From Stegostoma tigrinum (Eukaryota), in the NCBI RefSeq assembly GCF_030684315.1, contig NC_081354.1:19400226-19464225 (forward strand): 64,000 nucleotides of DNA, given 5' to 3'. Below, in pieces: positions 12,835 to 24,540 of the stretch. The position numbers and the translations under genes are program-made. Every line of letters begins with the position of its first letter. Positions within the stretch are counted from its first letter, which is position 1. The notes under the pieces were generated by a model, which was not told the DNA's origin, did not search any database, and worked only from the letters and a program-made list of their open reading frames with translations.

Positions 12835-13480
12835 CTCCGCATTTGGAATACTGCGTACAATTCTGGTTGCCGCATTACCAAAAGGATGTGCATGCTTTGG
12901 AGAGGCTGCAGAGGAGGTTCACTAGGATGTTTTCTGGTATGGAGGGCACTAGCTATGAAGAGAGATTGAATAGATTAAGATTATTTGCATTAGAAACTTG
13001 AGGGGACACCTGACTGAGGTCTACAAATCCATGAGAGGTATGGACCGGGTGGATAGTAAGAAGCTTTTTCCCAGAGTTGGGGACTCACTCACTTGGGGTC
13101 ACGATTTCAAGATGAGAGGGGAAAAGGTTAAGGGAGTTTTGCATAGAAAGTTCTTGATGCAGGGGGTGGTGGGTGTCTGGTACACATTGCCTCTACCACC
13201 TCCGCTGGCAGGTATGATAGCGTCACTTTAAGATGTATCTCGACAGATACATGAATGGGCAGGGAGCAGAGGGATACAGATCCTTGGAAAATAGGCTTGT
13301 TTCAGAGATAGTATGAACTGCAGATGCTGAAGAATTTGAGATAACATGGTGTGAAGCTGGATGAACACAGCAGGCCGAGCAGGAAAGTTTGACGTTTCAG
13401 GCCTAGACCCTTCTTCAGAGGATCTGGATCGGCGCAGGCTTGGAGGGCCGAAGGACCCATTCCTGTGCTGTAATTTTCTT
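12835..13480 (+). mobile_element. CR1 LINE 3' fragment (RT C-terminus plus 3' UTR), interrupted by a Penelope 3' fragment
   Basis: ORF 12998-13231 (RGHLTEVYKSMRGMDRVDSKKLFP) is the CR1 ORF2 C-terminal signature; TTGGAATACTGCGTACAATTCTGG encodes LEYCVQFW. Confidence 0.9.
13302..13420 (-). mobile_element. Penelope family-1 3'-end fragment with hammerhead-like core
   Basis: Reverse complement reads CTGAAGAAGGGTCTAGGCCTGAAACGTC...GCTGTGTTCATCCAGCTTCACACC...CAGCATCTGCAGTTC...TATCTCTGA, the same end as 18349-18475. Confidence 0.85.
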
Positions 13481-14705
13481 TGTTCTTTGTTCCCTCTACC
13501 TGCTCCACTCAATTTATTTCCTAAATGTTCTTCCCAGGCACTTGTCAGGCCTATTGCCTTGACTTTGCCACCTCCCATGAATTCTATTCCCAATAATTGT
13601 CGGCAAGGTTATCTCTGACCATTTTCTTGTAATTCATTTCTTTCTGCATTGAAACAAAGCTCTTAGCCTGAAAGTTCAAACTTGCAAATTCTTAATCCAC
13701 TTGTGACAATAATTCTGCAGTTGTCAGATTTGTCAACCACTTTATCACTTGCCTTATGTTATTCTTGTCTCGAGCCAAGTCTGGTCATTCTCCTATCACA
13801 TGACTTCAATGTAATTTCCCTCCTGTCCATGATACCTGAAGTTCAGCCTGTCTGGTGAGCAACTGATTTAGCCACCAAGCACGAGATTGCAGTTTTAGCA
13901 TTGTGAAAGACAGTTTATGCAAAACTGACAATATTCAGTCCTAAACCCAATCCCACTAAGCCATTCATTCCCGTTCTTACTGAAGTAATTTGGTTCTGTA
14001 TCTCAAAGCCTTAAGTCTATGTTTTCAATGCTTGTTTTCAAATCATTTTGTTCTGTGCTGCTGTACCTCCAGCCAGGCCAGGACTATTAGAGGGTTCAGA
14101 AAAAAAAATTACTATGGTGATGCTGGAAATAAGCAGTCTTGTTAGTTATAAGGAGAAATTAAAGAAACTTTGCTTATTTTAGTAGATTGGAGAAGGAAGG
14201 CTGATTCTCTGATGGGGATGATCAAAATTCAGCTGTTTTATTCTCAAATGCTGCCATGCCTGAGTTTCTCCAGTGATTCCTGTTTTAGTTTGTTACACTT
14301 CCATCTGCATTCATTAAAATATGTAGTCGCCTGTGAGTTTGTCAGGTGAAAAATATGTGGACCATGATAAAGTAAAATCATGCTTGTGACTAGTTAGTCT
14401 TAGTTGTCCCATGCTCTAAAACAGTATGAACTACACCCCATACATGATGTACAATCATCTGCAATTCTTCAAAATCAACAATTAGTCAGTAGAATAAGTT
14501 GCAGTTCTAACTATTTAAATGTTTTTTAAACTTTTTTGATTCCTTTGTCTATCTCAAAAAAAACTAGATTGTTAGAAATTATTTACAAATATTATTTCAA
14601 TTGATTTACAGTTGCTTAGCTATTTAAAAATTGCTGTGTTGTATATTTGATTCTTGAATTTTGCACGTTTTTCGGCTTGCTTCTATTTTTCTTTTCCGTT
14701 TTCAG

Positions 14706-14767
14706 TACTCAACGGATGAGGCAAACACCCAGCGATTTGTGGGTTCTTAAAAACTATATTTTTAGAA
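14706..14767 (+). other. Candidate non-coding (5'-UTR) exon of KIAA0232
   Basis: Long polypyrimidine tract TTCTATTTTTCTTTTCCGTTTTCAG acceptor, non-repetitive body, possible donor GAA|GTGGGT; signal-based inference only. Confidence 0.35.
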
Positions 14768-15020
14768 GTGGGTTACCTGTACACAGTTCAATGATTTACT
14801 ATTTGTGGTGCTAGGAATCTATTTACCACTTATTCAGACAGGACAAATATAATTGTGTGTATTGTGTAAAAACTGTAAGATTCCAATTTGATTTCCTGAA
14901 CTTTAGTAATAGCATAGAACAGAGGGAGAGAATCCAGTCCATATACTTGATTAGACACCAAATAATCTGATCTGATCTGCACAGCTCATTAAAACATGAA
15001 TTTCTTGTTAACCTGGGATA

Positions 15021-15042
15021 CCCCCCCCCCCCCCCCCCCCCC
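15021..15042. repeat. Poly-C tract (22 nt)
   Basis: Directly visible homopolymer; G-run on the minus strand. Confidence 0.9.
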
Positions 15043-15959
15043 AAACATCTGATCTGTATTTTTTTTTATGGCAATCATTTTCAGAAAGTTGCAGGGTTCA
15101 AAAGCAGTAATCACCAGACAAATGTTTTGGATGAGAAAAGAATCACTTGCCACCTCAAGATTGTATCTTTTTCAAATCAATCTTTATTTACACTATGGAA
15201 TACAATGAACTGTGCTGCAGTTAAGGAAGAAGAGTCTGCTGGATTAAGAATTTTAGCTTCACCTCATGAATATTACTAGTCTGTATTCAGGACAGAATCA
15301 TGAATGTCCTTTCACTCTATGAATCATGTTTGGTATGTTTTCATTGCAAAGCATCTGACAGTAATTTCAGATATACGCTTGAATCAGCTTAGTGTGAGTG
15401 ATATTAATCATAGGTTGTGTCTTAGCAGATGTAACTGTTCTTGTCATAAGTCCAGTTTTGATGGTATTAGGCAAGAATTTTCAAAAAATGATTGGGAGAG
15501 TCGGTTCACAGGTAAATTGCTTGGCACGCTCTTTCAATATTTTTTCTAAATATTTTCATGCTTTTTTATAGGTTAAATGTTCACAACAGTTAACTCATTT
15601 TTAGATGATTTAATTGTTCCTGTGTACATGATTGTAGTTAGTGTTTTGCTCGTGCAGTTGGATAGATATTGTCCTACTGTGTGTCATAACCGTTGTCAGG
15701 CAGATGTTTTGAAGGTGAGTATGTGGTCAGAGTACATTTTAGGAACACCAACTAATGTGGTTTAAGATCAGATATATGTATTAAATGAAAAGGTTATTAA
15801 CTTAGAGATAATTTCATTCAATACAGGATAACTATTGAATAAACAGGCATTTCTTAAAATATTTTGAAGACCATTATTTTTATCACAGATTCCATTCCCC
15901 AGCATCCTTTTCGGTCACTGTCCCCTCTAACTGTCTGAAACTGAACGAGACTTGGTGTT

Positions 15960-18473
15960 AACAAAGTGTGAAGCTGGATGAACACGGCAGGCCAAGCAGC
16001 ATCTCGGGAGCACAAAAGCTGACGTTTCGGGCCGAGACCCTTCATCAGAGAGGGGGATGGGGAGAGGCTTCTGGAATAAATAGGGAGAGAGGGGGAGGCA
16101 GACCGAAGATGGAGAGAAAAGAAGATAGGTGAGGAGGTAGGGAGGGGATAGGTCAGTCCAGGGAAGACGGACAGGTCAAGGAGGCGGGATGAGGTTAGTA
16201 GGTAGGAAATGGAGGTGCGGCTTGAGATGGGAGGAACAGATAGGTGAGAGGAAGAACAGGTTAGGGAGGCGGAGACTAGCTGGGCTGGTTTTGGGATGCA
16301 GTGGGGGGAGGGGAGATTTTGAAGCTTGTGAAGTCCACATTGATACCATTGGACTGCAGGGTTCCCAAGCGGAACAGGAGTGCTGTTCCTGCAACCTTCG
16401 GGTGGCATCATTGTGGCACTGCAGGAGACCCATGATGGACATGTCGTCTGAGGAATGGGAGGGGGAGTTCAAATGGTTCGCGACTGGGAGGTGCAGTTGT
16501 TTATTGTGAACCGAGCGGAGGTGTTCTGCAAAATGGTCCCCAAGCCTCCACTTGGTTTCCCCAATGTAGCGGAAGCTACACTGGGTACAGTGGATACAGT
16601 ATATCATATTGACAGATGTGCAGGTGAACATCTGCTTAATATGGACAGTCATCTTGGGGCCTGGGATGGGGGTGAGGAAGGTGGTGTGGGGCAAGTGTAG
16701 CACTTCCTGCGGTTGCAGGAGAAGGTGCCGGGTGTGGTGGGGTTGGAGGGGAGTGTGGAGCGGACAAGGGAGTCACGGAGAGAGTGGTCTCTCTGGAAGG
16801 CAGACAAGGGTGGAGATGGAAAAATGTCCTGGGTGGTGGGGCTGGATTGTAGATGGCGGAAGTGTCGGAGGATGATGCGTTGTATCCGGAGTTTGGTGGG
16901 GTGGTGTGTGAGAACGAGGGAAATCTTGTTGTGGCGGGGGGGGGGGTGTGAGGGATGTGTTGCGGGAAATGCGGGAGACGCAGTCAATGGCGTTCTCGAG
17001 CCCTGTGGGTGGGAATGTTGAAGTCCTTTAAGAACGTGGACATCTGGGATCTGCGGGAGTGGAATGCCTCATCCTGGGAGCAGATGAGGCAGAGGAATTG
17101 GGAATAGGGGATGGAATTTTTGCAGGAGGGTGGGTAGGAGGTGGTGTATTCTAGGTAGCTGTGGGAGTTGGTGGGCTTGAAATGGACATCAGTTTCTAGC
17201 TGGTTACCTGAGATGGAGACTGAGGTCCAGGAAGCTGAGGGATGTGTTGGAGATGGCCCAGGTGAACTTGAGGTTGGGGGGATGGTGTTGGTGAAGCGGA
17301 TGAACTGTTCGAGCTCCTCTGGGGTGCAAGAGGTGGCGCTGATACAGTCATCAATGTAACGGAGGAAGAGGTGGGGTTTGGGGCACCTTGCACCCCAGCC
17401 TCAAGTTCACCTGGGCCATCTCCAACACATCCCTCACACCCTGCCCCCGCCACAACCGCCCCAAGAGGATCCCCCTCGTTCTCACATACCACCCCACCAA
17501 CCTCCCGATACAACGCATCATCCTCCGACACTTGCATCATCTACAATCCGGCCCCACCACCCAAGACATTTTTCCATCCCCACCCTTGTCTGCCTTCCAG
17601 AGAGACCACTCTCTCCGTGACTCCCTTGTCCGCTCCACACTCCCCTCCAACCCCACCACACCCGGCACCTTCTCCTGCAACCGCAGGAAGTGCTACACTT
17701 GCCCCACACCACCTTCCTCACCCCCATCCCAGGCCCCAAGATGACTTTCCATATTAAGCAGATGTTCACCTGCACATCTGCCAATATGATATACTGTATC
17801 CACTGTACCCAGTGTAGCTCCCTCTACATTGGGGAAACCAAGTGGAGGCTTGGGGACCACTTTGCAGAACACCTCCGCTCGGTTCACAATAAACAACAGC
17901 ACCTCCTAGTCGCGAACCGTTTTAACTCCCCCCTCCCATTCCTCAGATGACATGTCCATCATGGGTCTCCTGCAGTGCCACAATGATGCCACCCGAAGGT
18001 TGCAGGAACAGCAACTCATATATATTCTGCTTGGGAACCCTGCAGTCCAATGGTATCAATGTGGACTTCACAAACTTCAAAATCTCCCCTTCCCCCACTG
18101 CATCCCAAAACCAGCCCAGCTTGTCCCCGCCTCCCTATCCCTTCCTCCCACCTCAAGTTGCACCTCCATTTCCTACCTACTAACCTCATCCCGCCTCCTT
18201 GACCTGTCCGTCTTCCCTGGACTGACCTATCCCCTCCCTACCTCCCCACCTATACTCCTCCTCTCCACCTATCTTCTTTTCTCTCCATCTTCGGTCTGCC
18301 TCCCCCTCTCTCCCTATTTATTCCAGAACCCTCTCCCCATCCCCCTCTCTGATGAAGGGTCTAGGCCCGAACCGTCAGCTTTTGTGCTCCTGAAATGCTG
18401 CTTGGCCTGCTGTGTTCATCCAGTTTCACACTTTATCTTGGATTCTCCAGCATCTGCAGTTCCCATTATCTCT
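15960..18473. mobile_element. Penelope-like retroelement (family 1) as an inverted head-to-head pair with TSD
   Basis: Left arm (minus, 15960-~17385) encodes the RT motif FLRYIDDCI (17341-17367) and GIY-YIG endonuclease (IYCIHCTQCSFRYIGETKWRLGDHFAEH); right arm (plus, ~17390-18473) is its inverted copy; 13-bp TSD GAGACTTGGTGTT at 15947-15959 and 18474-18486. Frameshifted and 5'-truncated. Confidence 0.92.
16018..16050 (-). ncRNA. Minimal hammerhead ribozyme-like motif
   Basis: Minus strand CTGATGA-AGGG TCTCGG CCC-GAAA-CGTC: CUGANGA and GAAA cores, short stem II, palindromic ACGT stem III as known for Penelope minimal hammerheads; stem I is weak; activity untested. Confidence 0.6.
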
Positions 18474-19159
18474 GAGACTTGGTGTTGTTCCCTGACTGTC
18501 TCCTGACATGGAGAAAATGCTCTGCCAGTATTAAAAAAGCATTCCTACCTCTGTGCCAGAAGCTCAAAATCCATTCCAGGGCTTCATAGACGCAGAAGGT
18601 ACATTCTTAACGAGGCCAAATAGATCAGTCAGCATTTTGAAAACATTAACACCTTGATTCTGACAGGCAGTAAGAACAGCCTCCTGGCTAGCCATGTTTT
18701 ATGTAGGCTTCTAAGTCTTTAATTGTGACCACTACAATGTCCTGTACCGTGAAAGGCCTAGCTTCATACTGTCAATTTAGTTTACCATCTTTGGAAAGCC
18801 CTTGCACTGAGTAAACGTTTTCTCAAAGACTTGTATGCAAATTGTTGGATCTATCCTTAATTTTTTGACTGCTTGGTTTTGTTAAAATAAATGCATGTTT
18901 GGGGTGATTGTCTTAGCACTACCACTCTATCATTTAAATATGATGCCAAAAGTATGACATGTTTGAACTTTTAAATTCACACCTGATGGAACTGGTTCCA
19001 CAAGCTCCAGAATTAAGTTCATGGAGAAATGCTATCTGCTTCAGCTGATACCAGTCTGTTCTGATCTAGACCATTTGATAAGTGTCACCTCAAAGGTTAT
19101 TGTGAAAAATAAAAGTTGTGCAGTGGATTGCATATTAACAAGGATTTTTTTAAAAATGG

Positions 19160-20085
19160 CTAGCTAACAGAAATCAGAGTCAATCCATAAATGAGTCTTT
19201 TTGAGGTTGGCAAGATGTAATGAGTGGTATGCTATAGGGATTGGTGCTCGAATCTCAGCTGTTTTATGGTGACTTGGGTAAAAGGATGGAAGTATGATTG
19301 CTAAATTTGGTGATGACATCAAGATGGGATGAAAATTAAGTTTTAAAGATATAAACAGGCTACTAAAAGGATTGTGAGTGAGCAAACACTTGGCAAATGG
19401 TGTATTATGCAGGAAGATGTGCACTTGTCTTCTGGCAGGAGGAATAAAAATAGCAGCATATGATCTGAACAAGGAGATCGCACGAGCTCTGAGGTGTAGA
19501 GGGATCTGAGTGTCCTTGTGGATAAATTGCAAAAGGTGATCACAATGGGAATGGACTACCAATGTACGCGGGTAATGCCTGCATCTGGAGCATGATGAAC
19601 AGTATTGGCCAATGTATTTAAAGAACGTAAATGAATTTCAGAGTTCAGAGAAGACATGCAAAATTAATATTTGGAATGAAGGGCTGGTTTGTAAAGGAGG
19701 GATGGACAACCTTGTTTCAATTGGAGCATAGATCTACAAAAGCAACTTGATTGAAACAGAAGGTCCCAATTGTGTCTTGGGGGTGAAATTAGTACGGTGA
19801 GAAGGTCACTGTTCACAAATCAAGGGTCACCCATTTGAAACAGATCAGGCAATTATTTTGAGGGTTATCTTGCTTTAAAACTCCTCTTCCTTTAAAGACA
19901 GTGGAAGCAAGGTCCTGTTTTTAGGCAGAAGTAGATACGTTTTCATCCCTTTGCTCCAAAAAGACCTATCAGCAGTAGGTGGACATGTGGATTTCATGTT
20001 AGCAAGACCAGTTGTGATTCTATTGAATGGCAGAGCAGGCCCAAAGGGATGAAATAGCCTAATGCTGCAACAAGTTTGTGTGATG
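19160..20085 (+). mobile_element. Degraded CR1 LINE (RT region to 3' end)
   Basis: GCTAAATTTGGTGATGACATCAAGATGGG (KFxDDxK motif), AGGGATCTGAGTGTCCTTGTG, 3' end ATTGAATGGCAGAGCAGGCCCAAAGGGATGAAATAGCCTA. Confidence 0.75.
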
Positions 20086-20302
20086 AAACTCGTGAATGTC
20101 TTTTTCTCTGCTCCTGCCTATTCCGTGCACTACCCCAACCCTGTTTAAATAGGTAAATACTGAAAACACCGTTGTTTTGCTTTGATCTAATTTGTTCTGC
20201 CAATATTTAAAATTAATAATCTACAATTTGAATTTTTTTCTTCCAGTAGTACTAATTGTAGTATTTATAGTCAAGCACTTAATCAAATACATACTTACTG
20301 AG

Positions 20303-20308
20303 TTTATT
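20303..20308 (-). terminator. Candidate polyadenylation signal of the actin-like gene
   Basis: TTTATT on + (AATAAA on -) ~360 nt downstream of the stop codon at 20668. Confidence 0.4.
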
Positions 20309-20667
20309 GTTAGTACTACATCATTTCAACTGCATTTTGATGTTGAACTGGCAGTGTAAATTTGAGGTCGAGGACTAATTAATTCCAGAGGGAGGTGGAG
20401 GGAAATTTTCTGTAAAAGACACTCTTGCACTGATTCAGTTTACAACCAATCCAGCATCATACCATCTAGTTTGTAAAGTTCTTGGGACTGGAGTTATTGG
20501 CCTCTCTTGAAAACTTGATAAACTATAAACACAGTGAACAGATTACACTCAAAAATAAACTAAGCTCCTCATGGTTGACCATCAAACAAAATCAGTATGA
20601 AATTCTGACTGTTTCTTAAGGTATTTGATCTTGTGCAGTCAAAATTAAATAGTCGCATAAGTAATTC

Positions 20668-21786
20668 CTAGAAACATCTTTTGTTAATGATAGCTGGCCC
20701 ATAATCCCTGTAATCATTACTCGTGACCCACATATCCTTAAAGGCTGTCAGGCTGGTTAAAATTGAGGCACCCATCCAAACCGAATTATTCCTGTTTGGT
20801 GGTGCAATGACTTTAATTTGAAATCCAGTGGGAACTTGGAATTTAATCTCCTTCAGCAACCTTTCTTCCAGACCCAGGAAAAGAGTAGAACCACCAGACA
20901 GTAAAATGTTGCTAAAGAGATCTTTTCTCAAGCTTCTGTCACATTTTGAAATACTATCATAGATCAACTTATGAATTCCAGGTTCTTCCAAACCTACAAT
21001 GGAAGTTGTGAAGAGTGCTTCTGGTGCTTTGAAGAGTTCCTTTTGGAGTGTGATCAGATTCCCATCAGGGAGTGTATATTCCTGTTGAATGCCATCTGTT
21101 TGACTTTTGCTGTCCAGCTGGGGATCAAGAGCAATATAGCACAATGTTTCTTTGATGTTCTCAAAGGTCTCCTTAGGAATTGTATTTGAAATGTTATGAC
21201 CATTTTCCAATAGAAGTCTCCTCACACTTTCAGTGATGTCATTTCCAGCAAGTTTAAGCCTTTTGACAGCATCAGGCAGGTAGTAGCCTTCATAAATTGG
21301 TACAGCATCTGTTAATCCAAATCCACTATCAAGGACTATTCCCCTCGTCCGTCCTGATGCATAGAGTGCCAGAGTTGCAGGAATAGCCACATACGTAGCT
21401 GGCACATTAAAACATTCAAACATAATTTCTGTCATCCTTTCTCTGTCAATGAAGGAAGTCAATGGAGCAGCGGTTATCAAAACTGGCTTCTCTTTTGGCT
21501 TTATGTGAAGTTCAGATGTGTAAACATGTTTCCAGAGCTTTTCCAAAAGTTCCCAGGAAGTTACTGTACCACGCTCAATAGGGTGTTTTAAGCATCCACT
21601 ACCTCTTTTAGCTAGGGCCTTTTTTCCAAAATACATTTCTGTATGGGATGCTTCACGTGTGTTTCCCTTGACTTTGAAGGTACCTACAATGGATGGTATG
21701 ACTGATGTTGGAATGCTGTCACCAACTAACCCGGATTTGCAGAGCCCAGAACCATTATCTATGATTACATCAGGAATGTCCATCAT
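20668..21786 (-). CDS. Intronless divergent actin-family protein (ACTRT/ARP-T-like), 372 aa, nested antisense in a KIAA0232 intron
   Basis: Uninterrupted ORF from ATG 21786 with actin-fold motifs throughout: IIDNGSGLCKSG, HPIERG, LALYASGRT, VLDSGFGLT, VPIYEGY, LAGNDIT, YTLPDG, NILLSGGSTLF, VIAPP, SVWMGASIL and C-terminal KRCF; no stops or frameshifts. Confidence 0.93.
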   Translation of the reverse strand: MMDIPDVIIDNGSGLCKSGLVGDSIPTSVIPSIVGTFKVKGNTREASHTEMYFGKKALAKRGSGCLKHPIERGTVTSWELLEKLWKHVYTSELHIKPKEKPVLITAAPLTSFIDRERMTEIMFECFNVPATYVAIPATLALYASGRTRGIVLDSGFGLTDAVPIYEGYYLPDAVKRLKLAGNDITESVRRLLLENGHNISNTIPKETFENIKETLCYIALDPQLDSKSQTDGIQQEYTLPDGNLITLQKELFKAPEALFTTSIVGLEEPGIHKLIYDSISKCDRSLRKDLFSNILLSGGSTLFLGLEERLLKEIKFQVPTGFQIKVIAPPNRNNSVWMGASILTSLTAFKDMWVTSNDYRDYGPAIINKRCF

Positions 21787-23544
21787 TTGATATGCAGCGA
21801 TTCTTGTCAATTTGAACAGCAAGTCTTACTTGCCTCTTCTGGACAAGCAGGTACCCTGTAATTGCAACTAGAGCTGAAGACCTATAGCAGGATAGATCAT
21901 TGCCACCAGATGACTCAACAATAGGTAGCTATGTGACCACTGAAAAGAGCCACTTCATAATAACTAACCTTTAAATGACCTGTGACTCATATTAAGACAG
22001 GTCAATAGTCTTGATTCAAAAAAAAGGTTCAGTAAACTGCCAGGTTCTGAAGAGCAGGAAGCTCAAGAGTGATACAAAGGAAGTGCCATGAATTGTCAGG
22101 CTACTTGTGATCTCCAGTCAGGTTGAAAATTAGCTGGAAGCAAGATAGTTTAGTGAATCAGATCTCTGTCCTTGCATTTGGGACTTTATTTCAAAGCAGC
22201 CAGTCTGGTTTCAGTTCATAATGCAAGACAGAACCTAAGTTCATTTCCCTGACATTCAAATTGGTTACAGTCATGAATGCAGATATTTTAGGTTATTGTT
22301 TAGGTAGTGTAAATGGAACTTGTAATTTTTCAATCAGCGATGCATGTGTATCAATCCTTAAATCTGTTTTGAAATTAACTTATTTTTCTATTTTTCAATT
22401 TCTCAATGTGGAGGCGATTACTGTTGGATTAAAGCATATGCTTGAGTTGGTAAACAAACTTTAGGCATGAAAAATGTGTACAATTAGAATGTTACAGCTG
22501 AAATCCTTACAGGTTTGGTTTCAGTTGCCACCTCGCTTAAACTTTTCTCCAACTTGGTGCAGCGCCACATTTTTTTTTTGCAAACTGCTCCGAATCTTAC
22601 TCTCTCAGAATTGCAGAGTGCACTCTACCCAAGGAGAACTCCATCATATAACAGCAGTTGGGAAAAGATGAGCTGCCCTCTTCTTTCTTTTTATGGCTCT
22701 GGCTGATAGAAATAAGTTCAATTTTTCCAGTCAGCATGTTAATGAATGGTTCAGTGAATGGCTAGACAGGTGGATGGGTGAAGTAAGTTGGTAGGATGGT
22801 AGTTAAGTCAAGTGGGGATGCTGAGAGGAATGTGAGAAGTTGTGTGTCCGTGAGGACAGTTGGGACATTGGCCAATTGGTATTGGTTCGGGTCAGGAGGA
22901 AGCATGTTCGTGAGGGGCTTCAGAGTGGGAATTATAGAAGTCCAGTGAGAGTGACAGCAATTCTGTGGTGTTTTATAGGAGTTAAGCTAATGAGTTTAGT
23001 ATATTGAAATTCTAATTGAATTGAAACATCAGTGTGAGAAATGCCCATCAGAGCTTCAAATAGCCTCTGCATTTCCCTCAGGGTGCAACATGTTGGAACT
23101 TCCACAGGTTCCTGAAGCACATCTTTGGTTGTATGTCCAATCTCTGATTCTGAAAGTGGGCCAGTGCACATTTCTATAAAATCCCAGTTGCTTACCTTCT
23201 TTGCAATTTATTTCCAGGTCCTTTTAAAGTAAAACATTAAAATCCCTATATTGAAACTGCAAGTGGTGTCGGAAAACTGTTGGTTTTGTTGCAAATGTAC
23301 AAGTGTGAACTGTATAAGTGTCTCAGTAAATAAGGAGGAGCTGACCTGGTTCTGTAAGAAGTTGTAATCTCCTCTGAGGCATTTCTGCTTGCTGGAACAC
23401 AGTTCCACTTTAACAAGTTGACAGATAGATATCTAATGTGGGGAAAATGTGAAGTTACATGGTGAACTAATTCACTTTTTGGTTGTAAAAATAGAAAACA
23501 AATACTTGTTAAAAAGCTCGACAAATTGGCTTGACATAAGTCAG

Positions 23545-23670
23545 GTTCTGAGGAAGGGTCACCAGACCTGAAAAGTTAACTCTGTTTTTCCCATCACGGA
23601 TGCTGCCAGGCCTGCTGAGCTTCTCCAGCAACTTTGTTTTTGTTCCTGATTTACAGCATCTGCAGTTCCA
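23545..23670 (+). mobile_element. Penelope family-2 3'-end fragment starting at a hammerhead-like core
   Basis: GTTCTGAGGAAGGGTCACCAGACCTGAAAAGTTAAC...GCTGCCAGGCCTGCTGAGCTTCTCCAGCAACTTTGTTTTTG...CAGCATCTGCAG, the same family as 2437-2663. Confidence 0.8.
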
Positions 23671-23689
23671 TCGGCTTGACATAAGCGGT

Positions 23690-24540
23690 GTTCAGAGACT
23701 TGGGTGTACCCTACAATGACCACAAAAGCACATTCAAAGCTCAAATAATGCCATGTTAACTTTTGTTTGCAAGGAGATTAGAGTACAGGAAGGTTAAAAA
23801 AGCCTTGCTGCAATTGTATAGTACTTTGGTAAGTTAACCCCTGGCTGTTGCTCAATTTTGATCTCCATATTTGAGGTAGAATATAACTTCTTTGGAATCA
23901 CTACTGTATATTCATGGCATTTGTCCCTGGAATGAGCGGGTTGTCTTGAAGCTCTGTAAACTGAAAGCTGCAGAGAAAGTAAGCCCAAAAATTTCAGATT
24001 TTTCATTTGCTCACTTGTTGTTATCTGCGCGTTTGTGACCCATAGCGGCTGCCCCTGACCCAATCATTTTGTTTCCTGTTGACTTGTCAGGTTTGATTGT
24101 GCAGTCCTTCATCATAAAAGGACGCTTGACCTCGTAGCAGCAATGTGCTTTGTTATTCAAGGGACATCTGTGCCGCTATCCCCTCTGGATACCCCTAACC
24201 AGGATTTTGTTAAATACAGATTTCTGGAAGGGTGTGAAATACTGCTGCGTAAATACAGTAATGTCTGGCTGGAAGTTGAAAATGCAAGGACAGTGTCTCC
24301 GGGTAAGGATTAGCCCCAATGTAAGGATTAATTCCTTTTATGTATTTAAAGGATTGTGAATTATCTACCCGAGAGTTGAGTGCTCCATCATTCATTGCAC
24401 TTAAGGCTGAGATAGACATATTTTTGGTATCTCAGGAAATCGTGTATATGGGTAGTTGATTGAAAAGTGGAGTTAGATTAACCCAAAATAAGACAAGATA
24501 ATGTAGAATGACAGCGAAGGCTTGGCTGGCCACGCTGAGT
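23690..24540 (+). mobile_element. Degraded CR1 LINE fragments
   Basis: CAGAGACTTGGGTGTACC, GCAAGGAGATTAGAGTACAGGAA, TTAAGGCTGAGATAGACATATTTTTGG; apparently interrupted by unrelated sequence. Confidence 0.55.

Noticed and set aside
15854-18506. Many 80-185 aa ORFs as host genes
   Set aside because: Frameshifted pieces and antisense frames of the Penelope RT/GIY-YIG ORF, duplicated by the palindrome.
21787-21822. 12-aa N-terminal extension of the actin-like ORF in the track
   Set aside because: It starts at TTG; the ATG at 21786 (or 21783) matches the normal actin N-terminus position.
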